A DNA stretch of 64,000 nt, from positions 18,074 to 82,073 of the forward strand of contig QCJZ01000002.1 in the NCBI GenBank assembly GCA_003215695.1, written 5' to 3'. The position numbers and the translations under genes are program-made. The stretch is from Prochlorococcus sp. AG-409-J03 (GTDB lineage: Bacteria > Cyanobacteriota > Cyanobacteriia > PCC-6307 > Cyanobiaceae). A model generated the notes under the pieces. That model was not told where the DNA came from, searched no databases, and saw only the letters and a program-made list of their open reading frames with translations. Numbering within the stretch: the first letter of the stretch is position 1; each line of letters opens with the position of its first letter. Positions 8,781-19,075 of the stretch are shown in pieces.

Positions 8781-9833
8781 CTATAAAGGATTGAGGTTCT
8801 CATTTAGGATTTTATTTAAAGATGATTTTAGACTTAAACCACTTATATCAATTGAGGTTATATTTTTTGTTTTTCTAAGTTCGTATTCATAACACTTATC
8901 ATAATAATCAAGCATAGCTTCACAGGCTTTTGCCCATTCTTGGTTATCAATTGCAGTTAATGCTTCCTGTGTTCTATTTGGCCCTAACCTTTTGCTTATT
9001 CTATTTACAGCATCTTTTAAATCAGTTTGAGAATTTACGCTATAAATATTGACTAAATTTTCCACTCGTTCATTTTTAGTTTTAATTATTTCAAGGATTG
9101 GAGCTTTTTTCATTTTTGTATACAAATTATTTGGTATGCGACATTTACCTAGATTAGAACTTTCAGCTTCAAGCCATATCTCAATAGCATTATTGTTGTG
9201 AAATTTATCAAGTGATTCTGCGAGAATGTTTTCAAATTGTTGAGTTGTAGGTTGCTTTTTCATGCCTAATGAACCAAAACTACTTCCCCTGTGATTAGCA
9301 ATTCCCTCTAAATCAATTACATATATATTCTCTATATTAATGGAATTTAGTAGATCTGTTTTTCTCGTACCTGTTTTGCCTCCTATAAGCCTTATAGGTA
9401 AATCAGTATCAAATTGATTTAAAACCCATTTCCTGTAGCTTTTATATCCACCTTTTAGCAAATTTGTTTCTATACCAATTGTTCTTGCAAGCCAAGCAAA
9501 AGCATTAGATCTCATGCCACCTCTCCAGCAATATATTCGCAATGATCGATTTAATACTCCTTTTTTTTTAGTCGTTTGATGGATTATTTCTAAAAGTGTT
9601 TTTGTTTTAGGTAATGTTATTTTTAGTCCGTTTAATATTGCTTTTAAGCGACTTTCTTTTTTATAGCTTTTCCCAATTGTCTCTCTTTCAAAATCGGAAA
9701 ACAAGGGGATATTAATAGCACCTGGCATATGCCCTTGGCAAAATTCACTAGGACTTCTTACATCAACAATCGGACTAGTTAAATTTCGAAAATCCGTTAC
9801 GGGATGATTCGAATTGGTAGCTTTCTCTGACAT
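8781..9833 (-). CDS. mnmH: tRNA 2-selenouridine(34) synthase
   Basis: Rhodanese DVRSPSEF and YCWRGGMRS, P-loop-like GKTGTRKT, ANHRGSSFG, YYDKCY. Confidence 0.93.
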   Translation of the reverse strand: MSEKATNSNHPVTDFRNLTSPIVDVRSPSEFCQGHMPGAINIPLFSDFERETIGKSYKKESRLKAILNGLKITLPKTKTLLEIIHQTTKKKGVLNRSLRIYCWRGGMRSNAFAWLARTIGIETNLLKGGYKSYRKWVLNQFDTDLPIRLIGGKTGTRKTDLLNSINIENIYVIDLEGIANHRGSSFGSLGMKKQPTTQQFENILAESLDKFHNNNAIEIWLEAESSNLGKCRIPNNLYTKMKKAPILEIIKTKNERVENLVNIYSVNSQTDLKDAVNRISKRLGPNRTQEALTAIDNQEWAKACEAMLDYYDKCYEYELRKTKNITSIDISGLSLKSSLNKILNENLNPL

Positions 9834-9866
9834 AGTATAAGTGCTTAGGTCATTTTAGACCTTTAG

Positions 9867-10589
9867 TTGATTATGACTGAAGAAAAATCAAATCCCAATA
9901 AAGAGAGCATTGAGATGGTTTTGGAGTCCTTTAAAGGGGCTTCAGAAAGAAAACGATTTGGGTTGTTAGATGTTTTTGCAGAAAGGGTTGAGGAGCTTCT
10001 TAGCCTTGGCAGTAATCTGATGACTGGTTTTGACCCTGATAGTTGTGATTGGACTGCGGGTTTCATTTTGCAACTCATTCATAAAACTGATCAGAATTTC
10101 ATAAAAAATACTCTTAATTGCAATGATCTTTCTTGGTTTAATGCTCCATCAGATGCTGGTTTTGATTACTCGCCTCTTCAGAGATACTTATTAGATGAAT
10201 CTTATGAGGATGCTGACCGTTTTACCAGCGCAAAACTGAGAGAACTCGCCGGAGAAAAGGCAGTAAAAAGAGGTTATGTTTATTTTTCTGAGGTAGAATC
10301 AATACCTTCAATTGATTTGTCTACTTTAAATAAGCTATGGGTTGTTTATTCCAGAGGAAAATTTGGCTTTACAGTTCAAGCGAAAATATTAGATTCATTA
10401 GGGGGAAGATACGACAAACTTTGGCCTCGAATTGGATGGAAAAAAGATGGAATATGGACTAGATATCCGAAATCTTTTAATTGGTCAATTGAAGCTCCAA
10501 ATGGTCATATGCCATTGGTAAATCAACTAAGAGGTGTTCGACTGATGGATGCTTTGTTGAATCATCCAGCATTTAAAGATAAAAGCTGA
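9867..10589 (+). CDS. gun4: GUN4 porphyrin-binding protein (Ycf53)
   Basis: ADRFTS..LRELAG, LWVVYSRGKFGF, APNGHMPLVNQLRGVR. Confidence 0.9.
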   Translation: MIMTEEKSNPNKESIEMVLESFKGASERKRFGLLDVFAERVEELLSLGSNLMTGFDPDSCDWTAGFILQLIHKTDQNFIKNTLNCNDLSWFNAPSDAGFDYSPLQRYLLDESYEDADRFTSAKLRELAGEKAVKRGYVYFSEVESIPSIDLSTLNKLWVVYSRGKFGFTVQAKILDSLGGRYDKLWPRIGWKKDGIWTRYPKSFNWSIEAPNGHMPLVNQLRGVRLMDALLNHPAFKDKS

Positions 10590-10718
10590 CATTTAATTAT
10601 AATTAATTAATTTTTTCTCATAAAATACTATTTATGGCTTAAATTAAAAATAAATTTTAATTACTAAACTAAATTTTTTGATCAAAAGATTAATTTACAA
10701 AGAATATTTTAATTAATT

Positions 10719-11111
10719 GTGAAGCCTTCTAAGAATTGGGCTGTATTTACTCATCCCTCTACTTTAAAACTAGCAAAATTTGTTGAAACTTTGCTAGAAC
10801 CAGTAACATGTGGAGAAACTTTAAAAAAGATTGAATTAGGATTGCATGAGGCTCTTGTTAATGCAGTAATACATGGAAATATGTCTGATCCTAATAAAGT
10901 TATTCGTGTTAGAAGAATTCTTACTCCAAACTGGATTGTTTGGCAAATTCAAGATGAAGGATTAGGTATACTTAAAAATAAAAGAGTAAGTTCTTTACCT
11001 TTGGAAATTGATGTTAATAGCGGAAGAGGAATTTATTTAATTCACAAGTGTTTTGATGATGTTAGATGGAGTAGGAAAGGGAATAGATTACAATTATCAA
11101 TAAAAAGATAA
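10719..11111 (+). CDS. Anti-sigma regulatory factor / HATPase_c_2 (RsbW-like)
   Basis: ELGLHEALVNAVIHGN, IQDEGLG, SGRGIYLI. Confidence 0.85.
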   Translation: MKPSKNWAVFTHPSTLKLAKFVETLLEPVTCGETLKKIELGLHEALVNAVIHGNMSDPNKVIRVRRILTPNWIVWQIQDEGLGILKNKRVSSLPLEIDVNSGRGIYLIHKCFDDVRWSRKGNRLQLSIKR

Positions 11112-11115
11112 ATCT

Positions 11116-11373
11116 TTAATGACCATCACATCCTGCATCTTTAATCTCTTCTGTTATCCATAATATTGCTTGATTAAGCAAGTCTTCTATATCTTCTTCA
11201 TTTCCATCATTAATTAATTGTGAAACAGCGGAGATAATTAATTCAGCACTTCTTCTATGTTTGTTTCCCCTATATTTATGCCAGTTATGATTATTGAGAC
11301 TGACTTCATTATGAAGCTCTTTTACAAGTAAATGAGCTTTCTCTGGCCAAATATGTTTATTTCTTTTTTGCAT
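11116..11373 (-). CDS. Conserved cyanobacterial protein (DUF6439-like)
   Basis: LNNHNWHKYRGNKHRRSAE..QAILW..DAGCDGH. Confidence 0.75.
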   Translation of the reverse strand: MQKRNKHIWPEKAHLLVKELHNEVSLNNHNWHKYRGNKHRRSAELIISAVSQLINDGNEEDIEDLLNQAILWITEEIKDAGCDGH

Positions 11374-11419
11374 GATGTGTTATTTAGTTGTGATCCCTAA
11401 AATATATGTTTGAAAATAA

Positions 11420-12481
11420 CTAAATTGGCTTGTATGCTTTCCAAACTTTAGTCATAAAGTGAGACTCTGAAGTTATCGAAGAAAAGCCACTTTCTTCCAA
11501 TTTTAAATTAATATCATCAACTATATAGTCTCTATAATAAGGTTCATGGAATATTTTATGAAAGTTTTCCATTATTGCGGTGAACTTTGGAGAATCTCCA
11601 ATTTGAATGGAGTCTGCAAGAACAAGTGTTCCTCCAGGTTCTAATAATCTGAAGCATTCATTCAAAACATTCTGGCGAGCATCTCTAGGAAGTTCATGTA
11701 ATAGATATACACAAGTTAAAGCCTGAAAATCTTCCGATAGATAGGGCATGTTTTCTGCATTCCCTTTGGTTAGTTGAACAAGATCTCCACTTCTTGAACT
11801 CAAATATTTACTTGCTTGCTTTAGATATGAACCTGATAAATCAAGACCATAAAGTTCAACTTGAGGTAAAGCACTTTGTATTTGCTGAAGCGTTCTTCCT
11901 GTCCCAGTAGCAACATCTAAAATTTTTACTTTCTTTGAGCCTTCAGATAAATATTTTTTTAGGCCTCTTTTTAAAGGAGCAAGAACTCTTCTTCTCATTG
12001 AATCTGCCGTTCCATTGAAAAGAATCTCAACTTGTATGTCATAGATTTCAGCAGAATTCTCGCTTAGGTACCCATCAGTTTGATGATGAAAATTTTGTAA
12101 ATAATAATCTGGATAATCATCTTCATTTATATCTCTGGGTATCTCTCGAGTTTGATTTTTTTTGCGCCTCTGCCAAGTTTGAGGCATATCTAGCCAAACC
12201 AAAGGGTATTTTTTTGCCCATTCCAACCATGGAGCCTCAAATAATTGTGATTTCGGGTACACCCCTTCCTCAGCTTCTTTCCAATCAATACTTTCTAGAT
12301 TGCTAATTGATCTTCTAACTTCTTTTATCAAACTTTGATTGATTTGAAAATTTCCTGTAGATGCTTCAGGAGCAAAGACTTCCATTAATCTTGTACTCAA
12401 CTCTTTATGTGCTAAGCCAGCAAGTGACTTCCCTTGTTGAAGAGTGTGATATGCAATTTTACTGAGGCTTGGCGCTGCCAT
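11420..12481 (-). CDS. Class I SAM-dependent methyltransferase
   Basis: YYLQNFHHQTDGYLS, LDVATGTG, YLLHELP, LEPGG. Confidence 0.9.
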   Translation of the reverse strand: MAAPSLSKIAYHTLQQGKSLAGLAHKELSTRLMEVFAPEASTGNFQINQSLIKEVRRSISNLESIDWKEAEEGVYPKSQLFEAPWLEWAKKYPLVWLDMPQTWQRRKKNQTREIPRDINEDDYPDYYLQNFHHQTDGYLSENSAEIYDIQVEILFNGTADSMRRRVLAPLKRGLKKYLSEGSKKVKILDVATGTGRTLQQIQSALPQVELYGLDLSGSYLKQASKYLSSRSGDLVQLTKGNAENMPYLSEDFQALTCVYLLHELPRDARQNVLNECFRLLEPGGTLVLADSIQIGDSPKFTAIMENFHKIFHEPYYRDYIVDDINLKLEESGFSSITSESHFMTKVWKAYKPI

Positions 12482-12544
12482 GAAACGCTTTTTTAATATT
12501 CTATTATCTAACAGATTTTATTGATTAGTGACGAGTTAACTAAA

Positions 12545-12586
12545 AAAATTAAGGTCTATGCATATTTATACATAGACCTTAATTTT
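12545..12586 (-). terminator. Intrinsic terminator of glnA
   Basis: 16-bp inverted repeat AAAATTAAGGTCTATG / CATAGACCTTAATTTT with a 10-nt loop, about 30 nt after the glnA stop; followed by a U-tract on the - strand. Confidence 0.8.
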
Positions 12587-12616
12587 GATTTCTAGAGTTA
12601 ATTCTAAGGAAACAAA

Positions 12617-14038
12617 TTAGGCGTCATAGTACATAGTGAATTCATGAGGATGAGGCCTTTGTCTAAGCTGTTGAACTTCTTCGTATTTAAGTTCTATCCA
12701 GTTATTAATGAAATCTTCGGTAAATACTCCTCCTTCAGTTAAATATTTGTGATCACTTTTTAATGCTTCTAATGCATCGTTCAATGAGGAGGGAACTGTG
12801 TCTATTTTTGATAATTCCTCAGGCGGAAGCTCAAACAAGTCGACATCAACCCCATCACCAGGATCAATTTGATTCTTGATTCCATCAATACCTGCCATCA
12901 TCATTGCTGAAAAAGCAATGTAAGGGTTAGCTAATGCATCACCAGAACGGAATTCAAGTCTCTTTGCTTTAGGACTTGGACCAGTTAAAGGAATTCTTAC
13001 GGCTGCTGATCTATTTCCTTGTGAATAAACTAAATTTACTGGTGCTTCGAAACCAGGAACTAATCTTTTGTAACTGTTAGTGGTTGGATTTGTAAATGCT
13101 AGGAAAGAAGGAGCATGTTTGAGTATTCCACCTATATACCATTTGGCTGTTTGAGATAGATTTGCATATGTGCCTTCTCCATAAAACAAGGGCTGCCCAC
13201 TTTTCCACAAACTTTGGTGAACATGCATCCCTGTTCCATTGTCATTGAAAACTGGTTTAGGCATAAAAGTCGCAGTTTTTCCATATTTTTTCGCTACATT
13301 TCTGACGACGTATTTATAAATCATTACGTTGTCAGCAGCATTGATTAGTGGCGCGAATTTCATCCCCAATTCATGTTGTCCAGCTCCTGCCACCTCATGG
13401 TGATGTTTCTCAATTGGTATTCCCAATTCACCCATCAATAGAAGCATCTCAGACCTCATGTCTTGAGCTGTATCGTTAGGGGAGACAGGGAAATATCCTT
13501 CTTTAAGTTGAATTTTGTATCCAAGATTTCCACCTTCTTCCACTCTGCCTGTATTCCAAGGAGCTTCTATCGTATCTACGCTGTAAAAGCTTCCACCTTC
13601 CCCTGAGTTGTATCGAACATCATCAAAAATAAAGAATTCTGGTTCAGGGCCAAAGAATGCAGAGTCTGCAAAACTAGTGCTTCCTAAATAATTTAGTGCT
13701 TTTTGCGCCAATGCTCTTGGACATCTAGCATACGGTTCTCCGCTTCTAGGCTCCTGAATTGAACAAATCAAGCTAAGAGTTTTATGGTTGTAGAAAGGGT
13801 CTATCCAGCTTGTTGTTGCGTCTGGAACCATTGACATATCTGATTCGTTTATAGCTTTCCAACCTCGAATGGAAGAGCCATCAAAAGCAAGTCCTTCTGA
13901 GAAAGAGCTTTCTTCAATAAGGTCTGAAGCTACAGTTAAGTGTTGCCACTTGCCATGTAGGTCAGCAAATTTTAAATCTATTAGCTCAATGCCCTCATCC
14001 TTGATTTGACGAAGAACATCTTGAGAGGTCTTACTCAT
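12617..14038 (-). CDS. glnA: Glutamine synthetase type I
   Basis: [39 protein letters not shown]. Confidence 0.98.
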   Translation of the reverse strand: MSKTSQDVLRQIKDEGIELIDLKFADLHGKWQHLTVASDLIEESSFSEGLAFDGSSIRGWKAINESDMSMVPDATTSWIDPFYNHKTLSLICSIQEPRSGEPYARCPRALAQKALNYLGSTSFADSAFFGPEPEFFIFDDVRYNSGEGGSFYSVDTIEAPWNTGRVEEGGNLGYKIQLKEGYFPVSPNDTAQDMRSEMLLLMGELGIPIEKHHHEVAGAGQHELGMKFAPLINAADNVMIYKYVVRNVAKKYGKTATFMPKPVFNDNGTGMHVHQSLWKSGQPLFYGEGTYANLSQTAKWYIGGILKHAPSFLAFTNPTTNSYKRLVPGFEAPVNLVYSQGNRSAAVRIPLTGPSPKAKRLEFRSGDALANPYIAFSAMMMAGIDGIKNQIDPGDGVDVDLFELPPEELSKIDTVPSSLNDALEALKSDHKYLTEGGVFTEDFINNWIELKYEEVQQLRQRPHPHEFTMYYDA

Positions 14039-14074
14039 GATGAATTTGATTTGCAGCAGAGTTACTTAATTATG

Positions 14075-14116
14075 AACGTAATCATCGTTTGCATCTCTTT
14101 TTGTATTGACAAGCAC
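14075..14116 (-). promoter_or_regulatory. NtcA-type promoter of glnA (variant GTG-N8-TAC)
   Basis: On the - strand: GTG-CTTGTCAA-TAC (14116-14103), exactly 22 nt, then TACGTT (TAN3T, 14080-14075). This is the canonical NtcA-activated spacing. Confidence 0.75.
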
Positions 14117-14146
14117 TTTTTTTAGACTTTTCACAGAAATATCTGA

Positions 14147-15421
14147 TTGATTTCTGTCTTATTAGGAGAATCTAGCAAATTCCTATTGCAATCCCTAAAA
14201 AAAACACCCCGACTTTGCCTATGGCCTTTTAGGCTCATAAGATATAAACCGATCTTTTTCTTGGCCACTCAAATTCTTCCTTCTGTTGATAATCAACATC
14301 GTAAAGATTTTGGTCCAACTGTTACTCCCGAAAGGTTATTGCTTGGGCCAGGTCCATCAAATGCTGATCCTGCTGTTCTGAAAGCTCTTTCTCAACCTCC
14401 TGTTGGTCATTTGGATCCTTTTTATGTGGATTTAATGAGTGAGGTTCAAGAGTTACTTAGATATGCGTGGCAAACTAGCAATCGATTAACACTTCCAATG
14501 AGTGGTACAGGAAGTGCTGCAATGGAGGCAACGCTAGCAAATGTTGTTGAGCCTGACGATACAGTCTTAGTAGCCATCAAAGGATATTTTGGACATCGTC
14601 TAGCGGATATGGCAGGAAGATATAAGGCAAATGTTGAAACAATAAAGAAAGATTGGGGAAAGGCATTCAATCTTGAGGAAATAGAAGAAGCATTAAAAAA
14701 ATATAATCCAGCTGTATTAGCTATTGTTCATGCGGAGACCTCAACAGGCGTTTGTCAACCAATGGATGGGATTGGTGATTTGTGTCGAAAATATAATTGT
14801 TTGCTTCTTGTCGACACCGTGACATCTTTAGGAGGAGTCCCTCTTTATTTGGACCAGTGGAAAATTGATTTAGCCTACAGCTGTAGTCAAAAAGGTTTAA
14901 GTTGTCCTCCTGGTTTAGGGCCATTCTCAATGAATGAGAGAGCTGAAAATAAAATGGCTAAGAGAAAAGATAAGGTTCCTAATTGGTATCTTGATGTCTC
15001 TTTACTAAATAAATACTGGGGTAGTGATCGTGTTTATCATCATACGGCTCCTGTAAACATGAATTTTGGCATTAGGGAAGCGCTTAGATTGTTGGCAGAA
15101 GAAGGATTGGAAGTTTCATGGGATAGACATAGAAAAAATGCGATATCTCTTTGGAATTCGTTAGAAAATATTGGTTTGGAATTACATGTTGAAGAGGAAT
15201 TGCGCTTACCTACTCTAACTACAGTGAAAATACCTGATGGCGTTGATGGTAAGGAATTTGCTAAACATTTACTAAATAATTTTGGTGTTGAAATAGGAGG
15301 AGGCCTTGGTGATCTCGCTGGGAAAGTATGGAGAATTGGTTTAATGGGATTCAACTCAACTTCTACAAATGTAGATAAGATAATAAATATTTTTGAAAAT
15401 GAATTACCTAGATTTAGATAA
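14147..15421 (+). CDS. spt: Serine:pyruvate / alanine:glyoxylate aminotransferase (class V PLP)
   Basis: LLLGPGPSN, VHAETSTG, SCSQKGLSCPPG, YHHTAP, WRIGLMG. True start probably TTG 14261. Confidence 0.92.
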   Translation: MISVLLGESSKFLLQSLKKTPRLCLWPFRLIRYKPIFFLATQILPSVDNQHRKDFGPTVTPERLLLGPGPSNADPAVLKALSQPPVGHLDPFYVDLMSEVQELLRYAWQTSNRLTLPMSGTGSAAMEATLANVVEPDDTVLVAIKGYFGHRLADMAGRYKANVETIKKDWGKAFNLEEIEEALKKYNPAVLAIVHAETSTGVCQPMDGIGDLCRKYNCLLLVDTVTSLGGVPLYLDQWKIDLAYSCSQKGLSCPPGLGPFSMNERAENKMAKRKDKVPNWYLDVSLLNKYWGSDRVYHHTAPVNMNFGIREALRLLAEEGLEVSWDRHRKNAISLWNSLENIGLELHVEEELRLPTLTTVKIPDGVDGKEFAKHLLNNFGVEIGGGLGDLAGKVWRIGLMGFNSTSTNVDKIINIFENELPRFR

Positions 15422-15943
15422 TAAATTATTTCTAGACAGAACCCTTTTTTCTTTAAACCAATCCACTATTATCTTTCTAGATTCTTTCTCCATTATCCCT
15501 TTCTCAATCAACATATTGTGGTGGGCACTTTTATGTTCCGCGAGATTAATAGTTCCCCCTAATGCACCTCTTTTTTTGTCTTCAGCACCATAGATAATCA
15601 TCCCCATCCTTGCTTGTATTAAAGCGCCTGCGCACATTGGACATGGCTCAAGATTGACTATTAATGTGCAATTATTAAATCTCCAATCATTATTTATCCA
15701 AGAAGCTTGTCGAAGTGCAACCAACTCTGCATGACCCAAAGGATCTTTCATTGCTTCTCTTCTATTTTCCCCATAGCCTATACATCTACCTCTTTTGTCG
15801 AGAATGACTGCAGCAATGGGAACTTCTCCTCTTTCACCTACAAGCTTTGCTTTAGTTAGCAATCTTGTCATCCACTTTATTTTTTCTTCCTGACTCAGTG
15901 CGATTGGTTTTGACAATTTTTTAGATGTTTGGAGAATTATCAA
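15404..15943 (-). CDS. tadA: tRNA adenosine deaminase / nucleoside deaminase
   Basis: GEVPIAAV, HAE, LEPCPMCAGA. Confidence 0.88.
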   Translation of the reverse strand: MIILQTSKKLSKPIALSQEEKIKWMTRLLTKAKLVGERGEVPIAAVILDKRGRCIGYGENRREAMKDPLGHAELVALRQASWINNDWRFNNCTLIVNLEPCPMCAGALIQARMGMIIYGAEDKKRGALGGTINLAEHKSAHHNMLIEKGIMEKESRKIIVDWFKEKRVLSRNNLLSKSR

Positions 15944-16025
15944 ATAAAATAGTTACTTAGAGATTAATCATTTTTTTTTGGTTTGAACTGGATCATCCAA
16001 TACTACAAATAGAGGCTTATTTTCT

Positions 16026-17396
16026 TTGGACCCTTTCGCTTCGCCTCACAATTTAGATAAAGAACTTCATTCTTTACTTTCTAAAGCCTCAAGTAATCTT
16101 TGTAACTGGTTTGCCGATTCAGGTACGCAAGGCCCAATGCCTGATTCATTTGATTTACCTCAAGTCTCTCCAGCAAAAGAAGGTGTTTCTAATGAGGTTT
16201 TATTGGGCGAACTTCAATTATTGATGAATGGGGCCTACCGACCATCACATCCAGGATCTCTAGCTCATTTGGATCCACCACCTTTATCAGCTTCAATTGT
16301 GGGAGAACTAATTTGTGCAGGTTTAAATAATAATCTTTTAGCCGATGAATTATCACCTAGTTTGTCATCCTTGGAAAGAAACTTATGTAATTGGTTTTGT
16401 CAGAAGTTAGGGCTTGGCGATTTATCTGGAGGTGTAGCCGCTAGTGGAGGAAGTTTAAGCAATTTAATGGCTTTAGTAGTGGCAAGAAAAATTGCTGGTC
16501 TAGAAAATGATCCCACTGCTGTCTTCTTTGTAAGTGATGATTGTCATGTTTCATTTTTGAAAATCCTTACGATTATTGGACTGAAACAGGAATCTCTACA
16601 AAAAATTCCTATAGATGAAAATGGTCAATTAAAAATCTCTAACCTGCGTTCGAGTTTTAATAAAATTAAATCTGAAGGGAAGAAATGTTTCGCCGTTGTA
16701 GCGACAGCAGGAACTACTGTAAGAGGAGCCATTGATCCACTATCTGAAATCGCTCAGTTTTGCCAAAAAGAGAAAATCTGGCTTCATGTTGATGGTGCAA
16801 TTGGTGGGATTTATGGCTTATCAAGAAAAACCGCAGAAATCCTTGATGGCTTATGTTCTGCCGATTCCATAACTGTTAATCCTCAGAAATTATTGGGGAT
16901 CGCCAAAACTTCTTCTTTACTACTTGTAGCTAATAAAAAACATCTTTCTTCTACTTTTTCAACTGGACTTCCTTATGCCGAACCAATTACAGGAAATGAT
17001 TTTCATGGAGGAGAACTTGGAATTCAAGGAACTAGATCCGCCGAAACATTGAAATTGTGGATTGGCTTAAGACAATTAGGTGAAGAGGGTATTGACAAAA
17101 TCCTCTTAGATTCTATTAGACGAAGATGTTATTTAGAATCATTAATTGACTCTTCAAAATTTAAAATAATTTCAGGACCACTACATCTTCTAGCTTTAAC
17201 ACCGATCAAATATAGTGTTTCTGAATCATCCAATTGGTCTGTGAAAACAAGACACTTTTTGTTGGCTGAAAAGTTTATGCTTTCAAGACCATTCTATGGA
17301 GATAGATATTATTTAAAAGCTGTTATGGGAAACCCTAATACTAAATTCGATGATTTAAAAAAATTAGCTCACCTTATTAACTATTCAGTTAATTGA
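16026..17396 (+). CDS. Group II PLP-dependent amino-acid decarboxylase
   Basis: SGGSLSNL, ATAGTTVRGAIDPL, WLHVDGAIGG, DSITVNPQK. Confidence 0.88.
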   Translation: MDPFASPHNLDKELHSLLSKASSNLCNWFADSGTQGPMPDSFDLPQVSPAKEGVSNEVLLGELQLLMNGAYRPSHPGSLAHLDPPPLSASIVGELICAGLNNNLLADELSPSLSSLERNLCNWFCQKLGLGDLSGGVAASGGSLSNLMALVVARKIAGLENDPTAVFFVSDDCHVSFLKILTIIGLKQESLQKIPIDENGQLKISNLRSSFNKIKSEGKKCFAVVATAGTTVRGAIDPLSEIAQFCQKEKIWLHVDGAIGGIYGLSRKTAEILDGLCSADSITVNPQKLLGIAKTSSLLLVANKKHLSSTFSTGLPYAEPITGNDFHGGELGIQGTRSAETLKLWIGLRQLGEEGIDKILLDSIRRRCYLESLIDSSKFKIISGPLHLLALTPIKYSVSESSNWSVKTRHFLLAEKFMLSRPFYGDRYYLKAVMGNPNTKFDDLKKLAHLINYSVN

Positions 17397-17403
17397 TTTT
17401 AAA

Positions 17404-17568
17404 ATGAACAAGGATATTTTTAATAAAAAAAATATATTGGCCTTAATAACAGCTTTTATATCTATTCTAATTGGCTTAATTTACTTGGCATTGGTTTTTG
17501 TTCTAGATTTTAGAGGTCCGATGAGTCCTCCACCCTCTGAGGCCTTGATCTCGGTGCTAATCTTTTGA
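17404..17568 (+). CDS. Small membrane protein (not in ORF track)
   Basis: MNKDIFNKKNILALITAFISILIGLIYLALVFVLDFRGPMSPPPSEALISVLIF*, 54 aa, starting 7 nt after the decarboxylase stop. Confidence 0.7.
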   Translation: MNKDIFNKKNILALITAFISILIGLIYLALVFVLDFRGPMSPPPSEALISVLIF

Positions 17569-19063
17569 GTTTCTTTTCAACTAAAGGATCAATAACTCTC
17601 TCATAAGCTCTCCGAATAAAACTTTTGAAATACTCATCTCTTTTGTTTAAGTTGTAGTGATATTCAACAACTTCTTGTATTCCTCCATCTCCCCAGTTTT
17701 GGTCTTGCTGGAAATAAGTAATAAAACTAGATCCAGCAATTCTGGTAAGCCAAGAAACACTTACACCTTGAATAACTTTACTTACAAATAATGTTGGCAG
17801 TGATAAACTTAATGTAGAGCTTATTAATGAAACTCCACCTTTCACTAGTCCCATTGTTGCAAGTATTTTTCCTACCGATAGAGCTAAATTCTTTGCTCTT
17901 TCATTTGTGATTTTAACACCATATATGTTTGCTATTTCTATTACCATTTGCGCATTGACAGCTGCTGCTGCGATCATATCTACAACAGGTAGTGGAGTTA
18001 GTATTAATACACCGCTGCTGAGCCAACCATATTTATCGATACATTTTTTGGCTGATTGACTTCTTTGTTTAATTAATAATTTTTTTCCTTCTTTACCTAA
18101 ATTACTGCATTGAATTAAAATATTATCTGCAATTAATTCTTCACCTTCTTCGTGTAAGATATTTGCTAATCTTCTAATTAAACTATTGATTTCCGGTTCA
18201 GGTTGATAGGGCCTTTTGCCAGGGATTGCAATCGTCTGAGGTGACGCGGATGTACAAATAATATCATTTGGAACAATAAAATCTTTACATCTTGAATTTA
18301 AAATTTTGATTAATCTTTTTTCTTCATTTTCTCCTCGTAAATCTATTTTATTCAGAACAAGTAATAGTCTTTTGCCTAATTGGGATAAACTCCTAATTAT
18401 TCTTGTCTCTTCAGAACGTAAATCACCTTCTATTATTACTAATATTAAATCAGATTTACGTGCCTCTATTAATGCCTTTCTTTCTCTTTCTCTTCCTACT
18501 TCTCCAGCTTCTAATATTCCTGGAGTATCAATAATTTGTATTCCTCTTTGAAGTCCTTTAAGTTTCAACCGGAAAGTTTCCTTTTCTCTTGTTGATCCCA
18601 TTTGAGGACTAACCTCGCCGACTATTCTTTTTAAGAGTGCTCTTATTAGTGAAGTTTTGCCGCTAGACCCAATTCCAAAAATCACCAAAATAATATCCCC
18701 TCTTTCCAACTCTAATGAAACTCTATCCTTTTTATCCTTTAAGGCTTTGGCCTTGACTTTATCATTAATTAAATTGATCATCTGATCAACACTTTTTAGT
18801 GATTTATCTGCAGCTTGCCTTTTGCTGGATAATGAAAAATCTAGTAGTTTTTTTTCATTTTTAATTTTAAATAAGGATTTTTTAATGTTATTCAAAAACT
18901 CTATTTTTTTTGAATAAATTAAAGTACCAACTATTAATGCAGTAATAAATATAGAAGATATATTTATTAATCTGATTATTGCTCCAACTAAACCTACAAA
19001 TATCAGGCTAATGACAAATATGAATATATAAAATATAATTTTTTTTGAATTATATGTTTTCAT
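17510..19063 (-). CDS. GTP-binding protein with DUF697/YcjF domain
   Basis: GIGSSGKTS, DTPG, NKID; N-terminal TM helices; C-terminal TPLPVVD/QDQNWGDGG. Confidence 0.88.
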   Translation of the reverse strand: MKTYNSKKIIFYIFIFVISLIFVGLVGAIIRLINISSIFITALIVGTLIYSKKIEFLNNIKKSLFKIKNEKKLLDFSLSSKRQAADKSLKSVDQMINLINDKVKAKALKDKKDRVSLELERGDIILVIFGIGSSGKTSLIRALLKRIVGEVSPQMGSTREKETFRLKLKGLQRGIQIIDTPGILEAGEVGRERERKALIEARKSDLILVIIEGDLRSEETRIIRSLSQLGKRLLLVLNKIDLRGENEEKRLIKILNSRCKDFIVPNDIICTSASPQTIAIPGKRPYQPEPEINSLIRRLANILHEEGEELIADNILIQCSNLGKEGKKLLIKQRSQSAKKCIDKYGWLSSGVLILTPLPVVDMIAAAAVNAQMVIEIANIYGVKITNERAKNLALSVGKILATMGLVKGGVSLISSTLSLSLPTLFVSKVIQGVSVSWLTRIAGSSFITYFQQDQNWGDGGIQEVVEYHYNLNKRDEYFKSFIRRAYERVIDPLVEKKLKRLAPRSRPQRVEDSSDL

Positions 19064-19075
19064 AGAATCATAAGA

